From contig JAHEIZ010000015.1 of NCBI GenBank assembly GCA_024639145.1, positions 26,565 through 90,564 of the forward strand: a stretch of DNA of 64,000 nt. The letters are read 5' to 3'. Shown piece by piece: positions 37,522 through 46,974 of this stretch. A program made the translations under genes and the position numbers. The notes under the pieces are model-generated. The model was given only the letters and a program-made list of their open reading frames with translations. It was not told the origin of the DNA and searched no databases. The DNA is from Actinomycetes bacterium. GTDB lineage: Bacteria; Actinomycetota; Actinomycetes; S36-B12. The first letter of the stretch is position 1, and every line of letters starts with the position of its first letter.

Positions 37522-39554
37522 TCGTCGTTCTCGTCGTTCTTGCTGATCTTGTCGTCATTCTGCTTCGTCGATGAGGGAGTCGGAGTCGGCGTCGGCGTCG
37601 TGCTTCGTGAGGCAGACGGTGTTGGCGTCGCGATTCGTGACGCGGACGGTGTCGCCGAGGCAGTCGGCGAGGTCGATGTGCTGGGGCTTGCCGATGCTGA
37701 CGCGCTGGCTGAGCTCGAGAAGCTCGCGGATGACGATGCCGAGGCACTCATGCTGGGTGTCGCTGACGGCGAGCGCACGTCGGTGTCGTCGGTATGCGCG
37801 CCGCCTGTCGTTGAGCTTGACTCGTGCTGCTTCTCGGGGCCTCGCGTGCGCGTGGGGCTGGCAGTGGGCGAAGCCGAGGGTGATGAGGTCGACTCCTCGG
37901 CGGCACTCGGCGCAGGCTTCGACGGTCGCGGCAAGCGCTTGCCGCGCTCGGACTCCGGTCTCTCCTTGCGCTCGCGAGTCGCGGAGGCCGACGCCGTGGG
38001 GCTGGGCGCACTGGGCACCGCGATCACCGGCGCGGCGGCCGGTACCTCGGACACCGCGAGGCTGCGGGCCACGGTGAAGCCATCGCCCTGCGCATTGAGA
38101 GACAGGGTCGTGGTGCTGACGGCCGACGAACTCGGAGTCGTGGTGTCGTAGCTCGCGATGGTGGTGCCGGACGGACTGACGAGCGAGGTCTCCGGCGAGG
38201 AGTCGGGGCTGACATGAACATCGGTGCTGGCGGGGGCAGTGACGCGCACGGTCTCGGACTCGGAGGAGATCGTGGTGTGGACCGGTGTGTGAGTGCCCGA
38301 CTCGACGGCCACGGCGCCGTCGGCGGCGCGCGTGAGGGTGAGCGCCTTGGTCGGGGTCGAGCCGGTGCGTCCGCGTGCGGTGACCATCGGGCGGCCGGGG
38401 GAGTCAATGCTCACCGTGGCCATCGCTGAAGCGCGGGTGCTCACCGCGCGTACCTGCAGGGCTCCGGCATCACCCGGGAAGATCACCTCGACGCCGCCAC
38501 CTGCGCCGGTGATCTGGTGAACCGTGACTCCCGCGGGGAGTGCTGCGCCGAGCGAGCGCGTATCGAAGGTCGTGCTGCCACGGGTGATGACCGCACCGAC
38601 ATTCGTGCCGTCCTTGGGTGAGGTCACCGTCACGTAGGTGTCGGCATTCGGCCCGTCGCCAAACGGTGCGGTGAAGGCACCGGTGCGCAATGCCATCGGG
38701 GTGAGATCCATCGAGCCCGCACCGTTTCCGCGCCAGCGCTCGGTCACGACCCCCGTGGAATTCGACTTCGCGTCGTAAACCCACGATTCGGTCGCAGGAT
38801 CGACGATCACGTGCTTGATGATGCCCGGGTCGTTGCTGTCGTACACCGAGATCGTGTAGTTCGCGCCTTCCTTCACCACGGCGATGGGAGTGACGGCATG
38901 GCCGCCGAACTCGCTGTACAGGCCCAGGGTGTTGCCCGTTCGCTTCTCGAGCCCGTCGATGACCGCGCTGATGATCTGCGAGGGCGGCAGGCTGCGCGAG
39001 GTCGAGGTGGGAGTTGCCACCTCGGCAGGGAACTGAGTCAGCCACCAGTAGCCGAGGGTTCGGGCCACCGTGGGCTGAGTGCGAGCGAGATCGATCGTGC
39101 GCTGAGCACGGGGATCGAGTTCGGCGGCGCGGGCAAGGCCGTCGAAGAGTCGCTCGCTGAGCACTGCCATGCCTTCACATCGGCCGTTGGCGAGAGCCTC
39201 GTTCATTTGGTCCATCCATGCCTTCGCGGCCGGGCGCATCGTGCACGCATTGCTGGATTCGGCGGAGCAGACCGGCTCGCGGCCGAACATCGCGATCAAG
39301 GTGCCTGAGTCGATGGCATCCTCGGTGGGGGTGCCGCCCCAGTTGGCGAACGAGAATCCGTCGAGACCAGGCTGGAATCCGTTGTCGGCGCACAATTCGC
39401 CGCTTCCGCCGGCGGTCAGTTCGGCTGGGGAGGCTCCGGTGCAGTTGCCGGCATCGACCGTGGGGCCGGGTGAGGCACTCGAGCATGCGGTGAGAACGGT
39501 CAGGGATGCGGCCATGGCAATGAGAGCGCGCGGCATCAGCCGAGCAGCACTCAT
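37518..39554 (-). CDS. Large lipoprotein with an unknown globular domain and a ~250-aa Ser/Thr/Pro/Ala-rich disordered tail
   Basis: AGGAGG RBS. The signal peptide carries an LTAC lipobox (MSAARLMPRALIAMAASLTVLTACSS). The tail is ...SASASSSASFSSSASASASASPSTSTSPTASATPSA...TPTPTPTPSSTKQNDDKISKNDENDD. Confidence 0.7.
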   Translation of the reverse strand: MSAARLMPRALIAMAASLTVLTACSSASPGPTVDAGNCTGASPAELTAGGSGELCADNGFQPGLDGFSFANWGGTPTEDAIDSGTLIAMFGREPVCSAESSNACTMRPAAKAWMDQMNEALANGRCEGMAVLSERLFDGLARAAELDPRAQRTIDLARTQPTVARTLGYWWLTQFPAEVATPTSTSRSLPPSQIISAVIDGLEKRTGNTLGLYSEFGGHAVTPIAVVKEGANYTISVYDSNDPGIIKHVIVDPATESWVYDAKSNSTGVVTERWRGNGAGSMDLTPMALRTGAFTAPFGDGPNADTYVTVTSPKDGTNVGAVITRGSTTFDTRSLGAALPAGVTVHQITGAGGGVEVIFPGDAGALQVRAVSTRASAMATVSIDSPGRPMVTARGRTGSTPTKALTLTRAADGAVAVESGTHTPVHTTISSESETVRVTAPASTDVHVSPDSSPETSLVSPSGTTIASYDTTTPSSSAVSTTTLSLNAQGDGFTVARSLAVSEVPAAAPVIAVPSAPSPTASASATRERKERPESERGKRLPRPSKPAPSAAEESTSSPSASPTASPTRTRGPEKQHESSSTTGGAHTDDTDVRSPSATPSMSASASSSASFSSSASASASASPSTSTSPTASATPSASRIATPTPSASRSTTPTPTPTPSSTKQNDDKISKNDENDD

Positions 39555-39727
39555 CGCGCCTCCTGTCGCAGCCGTGCTGTCAGGGTAAGCAGAAGTTGTC
39601 CCCTGCCGCTAGGGCAGGGGGTCCCTTTTCATAGAGGTCATCTCGTTTTCCCCAGATAGTCGTCGAACTCCCCTAGAATTCGTCTAGACAAGTTGGGCTG
39701 TTGTCTCGACCGATTCGTGAGGAACAC

Positions 39728-41686
39728 GTGACTGAGTACCCGAATCTGTTCTCTCCTGTGCGTATCGGCTCGATGGAGCTCAGAAACCGGGTAATGGTGC
39801 CGCCGCATACGGCCCTCATGGGCCCTCTGTGGGGAACTCAGGAGCAGGCCGACCAGCACATCGCGTATATCCGCGCCCGGGCTGAGGCGGGGGTGGCCTG
39901 GTTCGACACCGTCACGGGCCATATCGACAACTTGTACGTGCCGGGCTTCGACCCAGTTGGCGTGGGTGCCCGCACCAAGGGCTACATCCGCCTGCCCCAC
40001 TTCCGTGACCGCATCGGCCAATTGACCGAGGTGATCCATGGCGCCGGCTCGAAGCTGACCATTCAACTCGTCAGCCAGGGCGGGCTCCCGAATGCGCCTT
40101 CATCTGTCCTGAGCACGCCGATGCTCAATGCGGTGCCGCACGCCCTTACCCGCGAGGAGGTCGCCTGGTACGTCCACGAGTTCTCCTGGAGTGCTGGCGA
40201 AGCACAGGCCGCTGGCGCTGACGGCATCGAGTTCCACCTCAATCACGACGACATTCTCGAATGGTTCATGTCACCGCTCACGAATCGACGCGATGATGAG
40301 TACGGCGGCAGCTTCGAGAACCGCATGCGTATTGTCATGGAGATCCTGCGCGCCTCGCGCGATCTCACAGGTGACAACTTCACGATCGGCGTGCGCCTGA
40401 ATATGTTCGAGGAGATGCCCGGCGGTTACGACTTCGCCGGCGGCATCGAGATCGCGCAGTACCTCGAGGCGTCGGGCCTGATTGACTTTGTCAGCTTGGT
40501 CGTGGGAAGCAATTGGGGCAATCCGAGTTACATCCAGCCGCATCACTACGCGCCAGCCGAGTGGGCCGATATGTCGGGCGAGTTCGCTCGCTCCCTTTCC
40601 CTTCCCGTCGCGTATTCAGGCCGAGTGACGACACCCGAGCTCGCCGAAGCGATCATCTCGAAGGGCAATGCGGCGGTCGTCGGCCTTGCCCGCGCAGTGA
40701 TCGCTGACGCTGACTGGGTGCGCAAGGCATCGGATGGGCGTACCGACGACATTCGTCCGTGCACCGGCTGCGGTGACTGCATCAGTGCATCGCTCGCCGA
40801 GAAGCTCAACCTCAGTTGCTCGGTGAACCCGCACGTAGGTACCGAGGGCAGGCAGGCATGGCCGGTGCCCGCTCGTTCTTCCCGCAACGTACTGGTCATT
40901 GGCGGGGGCCCCGCGGGCATGGAGGTTGCCGCGCTGGCTGCCGAACGTGGTCATCGAGTCGAGATCTGGGAGAAGTCGGACCACCTCGGTGGCCAACTGC
41001 GCACGGCAACGAATGCACCCACGTATGAGGGTTACGCCGATTACCTCGCGTGGCAGGAACGGCGCCTCGACCGAGTGGGAGTGAGCGTCTGTGAAGGGCA
41101 GGCCGCCACGGCGCACGAAGTGATGGAGGCGAATGCGGATGTCGTCGTCATCGCCACGGGTGCGAATGCCAGATACCCCGACATCGAGGGAATCGAACGC
41201 GCGAATGTGCACGACATTCGCGAGGTACTCGACGGCACGGTTTCGCCGGGCAAGCGCGTGCTCGTGGTTGCGCAGGATGATCACATGCCCCCACTCGCCG
41301 TTGCGGACTTCCTCGCGACAGCCGGGCATGAGGTCACCGTGGTGTACGCGACCAATGGCCCCGCGCCTCTGCTCACCCGCTACGTCATCGGTGGCATCCT
41401 CGCCCGTCTCGACAATGCCGGCGTGAAGCTGCGGTACACCGAGATCGTGACTGCCATCAAGGATGACGGCGTGCACGTACGCCATGCGTATTCCGGCCGA
41501 TCCGAGGTCATCGCAGATGTCGACTCAGTCGTTCTCGCTTGCGGCGGGGTGCCCGAGGCATCGCTCTTCGAGGAGCTCAAGGGCAAGCACCCGCGCGTGC
41601 ACCTCCTGGGTGACGCATTCGCTCCCAGAAGGCTCCTGTTCGCCACCAAGCAGGCGTACGCTCTCGCCTCACTGCTCGACGACTAG
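39728..41686 (+). CDS. Old-Yellow-Enzyme-like NADH:flavin oxidoreductase fused to an FAD/NAD(P)-binding domain (2,4-dienoyl-CoA reductase FadH-like)
   Basis: LFSPVRIGSMELRNRVMVPPH at the N-terminus, a CTGCGDC Fe-S cysteine cluster, then VLVIGGGPAGMEVA. A GTG start at 39728 follows GAGGAA. Confidence 0.85.
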   Translation: MTEYPNLFSPVRIGSMELRNRVMVPPHTALMGPLWGTQEQADQHIAYIRARAEAGVAWFDTVTGHIDNLYVPGFDPVGVGARTKGYIRLPHFRDRIGQLTEVIHGAGSKLTIQLVSQGGLPNAPSSVLSTPMLNAVPHALTREEVAWYVHEFSWSAGEAQAAGADGIEFHLNHDDILEWFMSPLTNRRDDEYGGSFENRMRIVMEILRASRDLTGDNFTIGVRLNMFEEMPGGYDFAGGIEIAQYLEASGLIDFVSLVVGSNWGNPSYIQPHHYAPAEWADMSGEFARSLSLPVAYSGRVTTPELAEAIISKGNAAVVGLARAVIADADWVRKASDGRTDDIRPCTGCGDCISASLAEKLNLSCSVNPHVGTEGRQAWPVPARSSRNVLVIGGGPAGMEVAALAAERGHRVEIWEKSDHLGGQLRTATNAPTYEGYADYLAWQERRLDRVGVSVCEGQAATAHEVMEANADVVVIATGANARYPDIEGIERANVHDIREVLDGTVSPGKRVLVVAQDDHMPPLAVADFLATAGHEVTVVYATNGPAPLLTRYVIGGILARLDNAGVKLRYTEIVTAIKDDGVHVRHAYSGRSEVIADVDSVVLACGGVPEASLFEELKGKHPRVHLLGDAFAPRRLLFATKQAYALASLLDD

Positions 41687-41696
41687 CGAGGAAATC

Positions 41697-42245
41697 ATGA
41701 ACGAGCCGCTGATCCGCTACCCGATCGTGCAGTACGCCTATGTCGTACCTGATCTCGAGGAGGGCATTCGTCACTGGGTCGAGGTGATGGGTGCCGGGCC
41801 GTTCTTCGTCAGCAAGAGTCACCTTGGGCGCGAACTCACCTATCGCGGTGAGCCCAGCACTACGCGGGTTCATTACGCCTTCGGCCAGGCCGGCCCTGCT
41901 CAGATCCAGCTCATTGCGCATGATGAGCCGGGCACGTCGATCTATCGCGATATGTATGGCGATGGTGAGGGCGGATTTCATCACGTGGGTGTGCTCGTGC
42001 CTGCCGCCGACATGCCTGCGGAGATCGCTCGCTTCGAGGCTGCTGGGTATCCGGTGGCGAGCGGCCTGATGTCGTATGTGCCCGTGGCCTACTTCGACTG
42101 CAGGGACAAGCTGGACTGCTTCGTCGAGCTGCACGGCTTCAATGACGACATCGACGAGCTCTTCCGCACTATCCGCGAGGCGCATGAGAACTGGGATGGC
42201 ATCACTGACCCGATTCGCACGCGCAGTAAGTCGAGCTCGCTGTGA
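41697..42245 (+). CDS. VOC family protein, tandem paralog A
   Basis: IVQYAYVVPDLEEGIRHWVEVMGAGPFF...VHYAFGQAGPAQIQLI...GGFHHVG. Confidence 0.7.
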   Translation: MNEPLIRYPIVQYAYVVPDLEEGIRHWVEVMGAGPFFVSKSHLGRELTYRGEPSTTRVHYAFGQAGPAQIQLIAHDEPGTSIYRDMYGDGEGGFHHVGVLVPAADMPAEIARFEAAGYPVASGLMSYVPVAYFDCRDKLDCFVELHGFNDDIDELFRTIREAHENWDGITDPIRTRSKSSSL

Positions 42246-42790
42246 CCGGCCCGCTGCTGCAGCATCCGATCCTGCAGTATGCCTACGTCGTACCCGATCT
42301 TGACGAGGGCATTCGCCAGTGGGTTGAGGTGATGGGCGCCGGCCCGTTCTACGTGCTGCGCAACTACCTCGGCAATGAGTTGACCTATCGCGGCATGCCG
42401 AGCGAGACGCGCGTGCACTACGCCTTCGGCCAGGCAGGCCCTGCCCAGATCCAGCTCATTGCGCAGGACGATCCGGGGGAGTCGATTTACCGCGACATGT
42501 ACGCGCCGGGTGAGGGTGGCTTTCACCATGTATGCGCACTCGTGCCACCTGATGAGCTCGCTGCCCAGGTTTCCCGCTTCACCGATGCGGGTTTCGAGAT
42601 CGCCGGGTCGATGCTCACCAGCCAGCCGGCGATCTACATCGACACCTGCGCGACGATCGGCGGCTTTACTGAGCTCTACGGACGCAGTGATCGGGTGGCG
42701 GACTTCTTCGAGACCGTGCGCTCGGCCCACGAGGGCTGGGACGGTGTCACCGACCCGATCCGCGAACGCGCCGATTCATCGTCGCGGTAG
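42242..42790 (+). CDS. VOC family protein, tandem paralog B
   Basis: ILQYAYVVPDLDEGIRQWVEVMGAGPFY...VHYAFGQAGPAQIQLI...GGFHHVC. The GTG start overlaps the paralog A stop (GTGA). Confidence 0.7.
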   Translation: MTGPLLQHPILQYAYVVPDLDEGIRQWVEVMGAGPFYVLRNYLGNELTYRGMPSETRVHYAFGQAGPAQIQLIAQDDPGESIYRDMYAPGEGGFHHVCALVPPDELAAQVSRFTDAGFEIAGSMLTSQPAIYIDTCATIGGFTELYGRSDRVADFFETVRSAHEGWDGVTDPIRERADSSSR

Positions 42791-42835
42791 TCGCGCCTCC
42801 CTCGTTCTGTGACTCGTGGGGCCTAAGTTTCGGAT

Positions 42836-43663
42836 GTGATCGATCGCTACGGCTCCGACGTGCTCGCGGTGAGCCATACCCAGGCCCGCCGGCCACCGGT
42901 ACAGGTGCCCGCCGACATCGGCATGGTGCTGGAGTGCCCGCATACGGGCTGGTGCGGAGCGATCGTCGGCCTGCAGAAGGGCCCGGGCGGCTGGGGAGTA
43001 AACCTCGAGGATCGGCACGGTCGTCGCAAGATGTTCCTGCTGACCGATCCCTTTCTTCTTGAAGGCGAGCGCATCACGCTGGTGCGCCCCAATCCGCTGG
43101 CGCCTGCCGCCGCGCGTCTGACCGCCTCCGGCTCCGTCGCCGTCGTCAATACTCGCGCCCGAGTGGCCCGTGCCTCGCGCATCTGGGTTGAGGGTAAGCA
43201 GGACGCCGAGCTGATCGAGAAGATCTGGGGCGCCGACCTGCGCGTGGAGGGTGTCGTGGTCGAGGAGCTCGGCGGCGCCGATGACCTGTTGCGGGCTGTG
43301 CGTGACTTCGAGCCGAGCTTCGATCGCCGTATCGGAATTCTCCTCGATCACCTGGTGCCCGGTTCCAAGGAGACCCGCATCGCAGACTCGGTGCTCGCCG
43401 AGTACTCCGAGGATGTCGTCGTTCTCGGTCACCCGTATGTCGATGTCTGGCAGGCAGTTCGGCCGTCAGTGCTCGGGATTGATTCCTGGCCGACCATCCC
43501 TAAGGGCACTCCCTGGAAGGAAGGGGTGTGCGCGAATCTCGGCTGGGTCGATGACACCTCGGCCGCCTGGCGTGCGATCCTCGCCAAGGTCAAGACCTAT
43601 GCCGATCTGGAGCCGTCCCTGCTCGGTCGCGTCGAGGAGATCATCGATTTCGTGACGGCCTGA
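42836..43663 (+). CDS. Conserved actinobacterial hypothetical protein (DUF3097-like)
   Basis: 275 aa. RIWVEGKQDAELIEKIWG...GILLDHLVPGSKE...LGHPYVDVWQAV matches my recollection of DUF3097. The family assignment is unverified. Confidence 0.6.
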   Translation: MIDRYGSDVLAVSHTQARRPPVQVPADIGMVLECPHTGWCGAIVGLQKGPGGWGVNLEDRHGRRKMFLLTDPFLLEGERITLVRPNPLAPAAARLTASGSVAVVNTRARVARASRIWVEGKQDAELIEKIWGADLRVEGVVVEELGGADDLLRAVRDFEPSFDRRIGILLDHLVPGSKETRIADSVLAEYSEDVVVLGHPYVDVWQAVRPSVLGIDSWPTIPKGTPWKEGVCANLGWVDDTSAAWRAILAKVKTYADLEPSLLGRVEEIIDFVTA

Positions 43664-43687
43664 CCGTCTCGCACGGGAGAATGGGGC

Positions 43688-44098
43688 ATGCCTCCATTCG
43701 AGTTGGTTCCCCTGGCCACCGTCACCGTCACCCGCGGTGACATTCGCCGTCTCGGCGAGACCCCGTTCAGTCGCCGCGTGATTGGCTCGATCGCGGATGG
43801 GCGCTGGGAGGGGGAGCGCATCAAGGGCTCGATGATCGGAGCCGGCGGAGACTGGGCAATCCCGACCGCCGGACACATCATGCTGCTCGACGTGCGCCAG
43901 TTGGTAGAGACCGATGACGGAGCACTTATTTACGTCACCTACATGGGTCGCTGCGATCGCGAGCGTGGCACCTACACCGTCGCTCCAACCTTCGAGACCT
44001 CCGATGAGCGCTACGCCTGGCTCAATGGCATCCAGGCTGTGGGCCAAGGCCGAAGTGTGGGCGACCAAGTCGTGTACGAGATGTTCGAAGTTCGCTAG
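43688..44098 (+). CDS. DUF3237-like beta-barrel protein
   Basis: 136 aa. GETPFSRRVIGSIADGRWEGERIKGSMIGAGGDWA...DGALIYVTYMGR resembles the UPF0311/DUF3237 pattern. Confidence 0.6.
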   Translation: MPPFELVPLATVTVTRGDIRRLGETPFSRRVIGSIADGRWEGERIKGSMIGAGGDWAIPTAGHIMLLDVRQLVETDDGALIYVTYMGRCDRERGTYTVAPTFETSDERYAWLNGIQAVGQGRSVGDQVVYEMFEVR

Positions 44099-44166
44099 CC
44101 TTCAGGGAGTAACTTGAGACTCGATCCAGTAAGGGTCGGGTTAGGGTTCTCGAGCAGGGAGCGCAC

Positions 44167-44943
44167 GTGAGCAAGCCAGTAGCCATCGTCACCGGTGCAG
44201 GCACCGGCATCGGCCAAGCCGCCGCCATGATGTTCGCCGATCGCGGGTACGACGTCATCGGCGTTGATCTGAGCGACGAAGCACTTCACTGGGCTTCCGC
44301 CCGCGGGATCGCCACCGTCGTCGGTGACGTGAGTGAGGAGCCCACGAGCGAGCGAATGGTGGCTGCCGCCCTCGATACCTTCGGCCGTCTCGACACCGTG
44401 GTGCTCAACGCAGGCATCGCGCGCCGTTCCGAGTGGGAGGCCGACGATGTCATGGAGACCTTCGACCAGATCATGGCCGTGAACGTGCGTGGCGTGGTCG
44501 CCGGAATCCGCCACGCTGCACCCGCCATGGCCGCACGCGGTGGCGGATCGATTGTCGCCACCGCTTCGACATCCGGGCTGAGAGGCGATCCGCAACGCTT
44601 CGCGTACAACGCCTCCAAGGCCGCCGTGATCAACATCTGCCGCGCTGCCGCACTCGACTGGGGCCATGCGGGCGTGCGCGTGAACGCCATGGGCCCGGGC
44701 CCCACCATGACCCCGATCCTGCAGGGCGGGCGCGTAACGCCGGAACATCTCGATGAGCTGCGTCGCAACATTCCGCTGCAGCGTCTCGGCCGACCTGAAG
44801 AGCAGGCCGAAGTCATCTACTTCCTCGGATCGCCGGCCTCCAGCTTCGTTACCGGTGCGGTATTCATGTGCGACGGAGGCATCACGGCAAACGCCGGAAT
44901 CTTCGCGCCGACATCCATCCCGCTCTCGGAGGTTCATCACTGA
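44167..44943 (+). CDS. SDR family oxidoreductase
   Basis: VAIVTGAGTGIGQA, LNAGI and YNASKAA motifs. Confidence 0.9.
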   Translation: MSKPVAIVTGAGTGIGQAAAMMFADRGYDVIGVDLSDEALHWASARGIATVVGDVSEEPTSERMVAAALDTFGRLDTVVLNAGIARRSEWEADDVMETFDQIMAVNVRGVVAGIRHAAPAMAARGGGSIVATASTSGLRGDPQRFAYNASKAAVINICRAAALDWGHAGVRVNAMGPGPTMTPILQGGRVTPEHLDELRRNIPLQRLGRPEEQAEVIYFLGSPASSFVTGAVFMCDGGITANAGIFAPTSIPLSEVHH

Positions 44944-46358
44944 TGCTCGACTCGGCAACGCGTGACATGGATGTCATCGTGATCGGTTCCGGTGCTGCCG
45001 GTCTCTCGGCTGCACTCGCTGCACACGAGGCCGGTGCTGAGCGCATCCTCGTCGCGGAGGCCGAAGGCATCGTGGGCGGCTCCTCGCGACTGTCCGGGGG
45101 CTTGATGATGGGCGCAGGCACGCGATACCAGCGCGCTCAGGGCATCGAGGATGACTGGGAAGCGCTCTTCCATGACTACATGACCTTGAACATGTGGCAG
45201 GTCGAGGCGGGTGTGGTCGAGCGACTCACTCAGCGCGCCGGTGCGGCGGTCGAGTGGCTCGGTGATCTCGGCGTGGAGTTCTACGACCAACTGGTGTTCG
45301 GCGGCGATGAGACCAAGCCACGCGTGCACTGCCCGATCGGACGCGGCCAGGCAGTCATTGACGTACTGACGCGGCACTGCCGAGATCGTGGCATTGAAAT
45401 TGCCCTCGGCCAGCGGGTCGACCGACTGCTGGTCGAGGATGGCGAAGTCACCGGCATTGCCGTCGGCGATGACACCATCACGGCAGGTTCCGTGATCGTT
45501 GCCTCGGGTGGCTTCGGTGCCAGCGAGCAGAAGCGCAGCGAGTACTTCCCAAGTGTGTTCGATACCGGCTGGTCGTATTACATCGGCGCCGATGGCGCGC
45601 GTGGCGATGCCATCGACTTCACCCGCGGCGTCAATGCGCAGCTGACCGGATTCGATCGCGGTCTGCGTCTTCTTCATACGGACTTCGACAAGATGTATGA
45701 GGCCTATATCCCGGGTTGGCTCACGCTCATCAATCGTCACGGGCACCGCTTCTGCAATGAGACCGCGCCCTACGGGATCATGGACGGCCTGCTGAAAGCC
45801 CAGGGCGATTCAGCCTTCGCGATCTTCGATCACCGTTCGCTCGTCGAGGCCACCGAACTCGGTGTCGCCCGCTACAAGCAGCAGATCCCAGGTTCGACCA
45901 AGCGTCAGAGCCCGCACTGGAATCTCGATGTGATCGACCTGATGCTCAAGGAAGGCAAGGTTCACAAGCGCGACACCCTCGCCGAACTGGCCGAGAGCAT
46001 TCACGTGCCAGTCGGTGCGCTGGAGGCAACCGTCGAGCGCATCAACGAGTTCGCTTCGGCGGGCGAGGATCGCGATTACGTCAAGGATCCGAAATTCCTC
46101 GAGCCGATCTCCGACGGTCCGTTCTACGCAGTCGAGGTGCGCCCGGCCACCTGCTGCTTCACCGCCTTCGGCGTCCGCATCGATCGAGATGCTCAAGTTC
46201 TCGACGAGAATGGCCGCGTGATCTCAGGCCTCTACGCAGCAGGCGAGGTGTGCGGTGGAGTTATTGGCCCGCGCTACGTCGGCAGCGGCAACTCCTACGG
46301 CAACTGCGTGACCATGGGTCGCGTGGCCGGGCAATCGGCGGCGGCTCATGCGCATTGA
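44943..46358 (+). CDS. FAD-binding dehydrogenase (FAD_binding_2, KstD-like)
   Basis: DVIVIGSGAAGLSAALAA...GGSSRLSGG and C-terminal ISGLYAAGEV. The ATG at 44943 shares 1 nt with the SDR stop. Confidence 0.85.
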   Translation: MLDSATRDMDVIVIGSGAAGLSAALAAHEAGAERILVAEAEGIVGGSSRLSGGLMMGAGTRYQRAQGIEDDWEALFHDYMTLNMWQVEAGVVERLTQRAGAAVEWLGDLGVEFYDQLVFGGDETKPRVHCPIGRGQAVIDVLTRHCRDRGIEIALGQRVDRLLVEDGEVTGIAVGDDTITAGSVIVASGGFGASEQKRSEYFPSVFDTGWSYYIGADGARGDAIDFTRGVNAQLTGFDRGLRLLHTDFDKMYEAYIPGWLTLINRHGHRFCNETAPYGIMDGLLKAQGDSAFAIFDHRSLVEATELGVARYKQQIPGSTKRQSPHWNLDVIDLMLKEGKVHKRDTLAELAESIHVPVGALEATVERINEFASAGEDRDYVKDPKFLEPISDGPFYAVEVRPATCCFTAFGVRIDRDAQVLDENGRVISGLYAAGEVCGGVIGPRYVGSGNSYGNCVTMGRVAGQSAAAHAH

Positions 46359-46845
46359 TCCGCAGCAGCTGGCTGACCGCGAGGCCATTCGCGAGTGCGT
46401 GCTGCGCTACTCGCGCGGTGTTGACCGTCTCGACGCCGAGCAGATGAAGAGCGCCTACTGGCCCGAGGCAACTGATGACCACGGCCGCTTCGTGGGCAAC
46501 GGTCACGAGTTCGCTGACCGCGTCGTGGGCACCCACGACCGCTGGGCTGCTTCGATGCACTGCAACTACAACCACAGCATCGAGTTCGACGATGCCACCC
46601 ATGCGCGCGGCGAGATCTACAACGTCACCTACCTGCTGGCTAAAGACGGCGGCCCGTGGTCAGTGTGGCTGGGTCGTTATCTCGATCGTTACGAATGCCG
46701 TGACGGCGACTGGCGCATCATCCACCGAACTTGCGTTCACGAGGGCACTACGACCATCGAGGGTGCGCCGATGGCTGGCGACATGTCGAACTTCCGAACT
46801 GGCGCTGCTGATCGCCCGCGCGGTGAGACTTCACTCGGCACCTAG
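46348..46845 (+). CDS. SnoaL-like / NTF2-fold protein
   Basis: ADREAIRECVLRYSRGVDRLDAEQMKSAYWPEATDDHG...RDGDWRIIHR. It overlaps the upstream gene by 11 nt. Confidence 0.7.
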   Translation: MRIDPQQLADREAIRECVLRYSRGVDRLDAEQMKSAYWPEATDDHGRFVGNGHEFADRVVGTHDRWAASMHCNYNHSIEFDDATHARGEIYNVTYLLAKDGGPWSVWLGRYLDRYECRDGDWRIIHRTCVHEGTTTIEGAPMAGDMSNFRTGAADRPRGETSLGT

Positions 46846-46974
46846 GGCACGAAGTTGGTCTATCCTGGGATGGCCCACCCCTACTGGGGGATCGGGAAGT
46901 GAGGCTAGGTGCGCGCCGATGGATTTCGGACCCCTGGCCTCGCGGCTTTTCTCAGGCCTAGTGATCGAGAGCCT

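Noticed and set aside
37540-38151. 203-aa and 168-aa plus-strand ORFs at the lipoprotein tail
   Set aside because: They are mirror images of the low-complexity STPA tail on the minus strand. They have no RBS and no motif, and the plus-strand PEP-utilizing gene already terminates at 37521.
40616-41485. 289-aa minus-strand ORF
   Set aside because: It is antisense to the OYE/FadH-like gene and has no family signature.
44095-44958. 287-aa minus-strand ORF
   Set aside because: It is antisense to the SDR gene, which has clear TGxxxGIG and YxxxK motifs.
46846-46974. Possible terminator or small ORF between the convergent SnoaL and KstD-like genes
   Set aside because: Only weak, interrupted complementarity was seen (GGCCT...AGGCC type). 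There is no clear stem plus U-tract and no ORF with an RBS.
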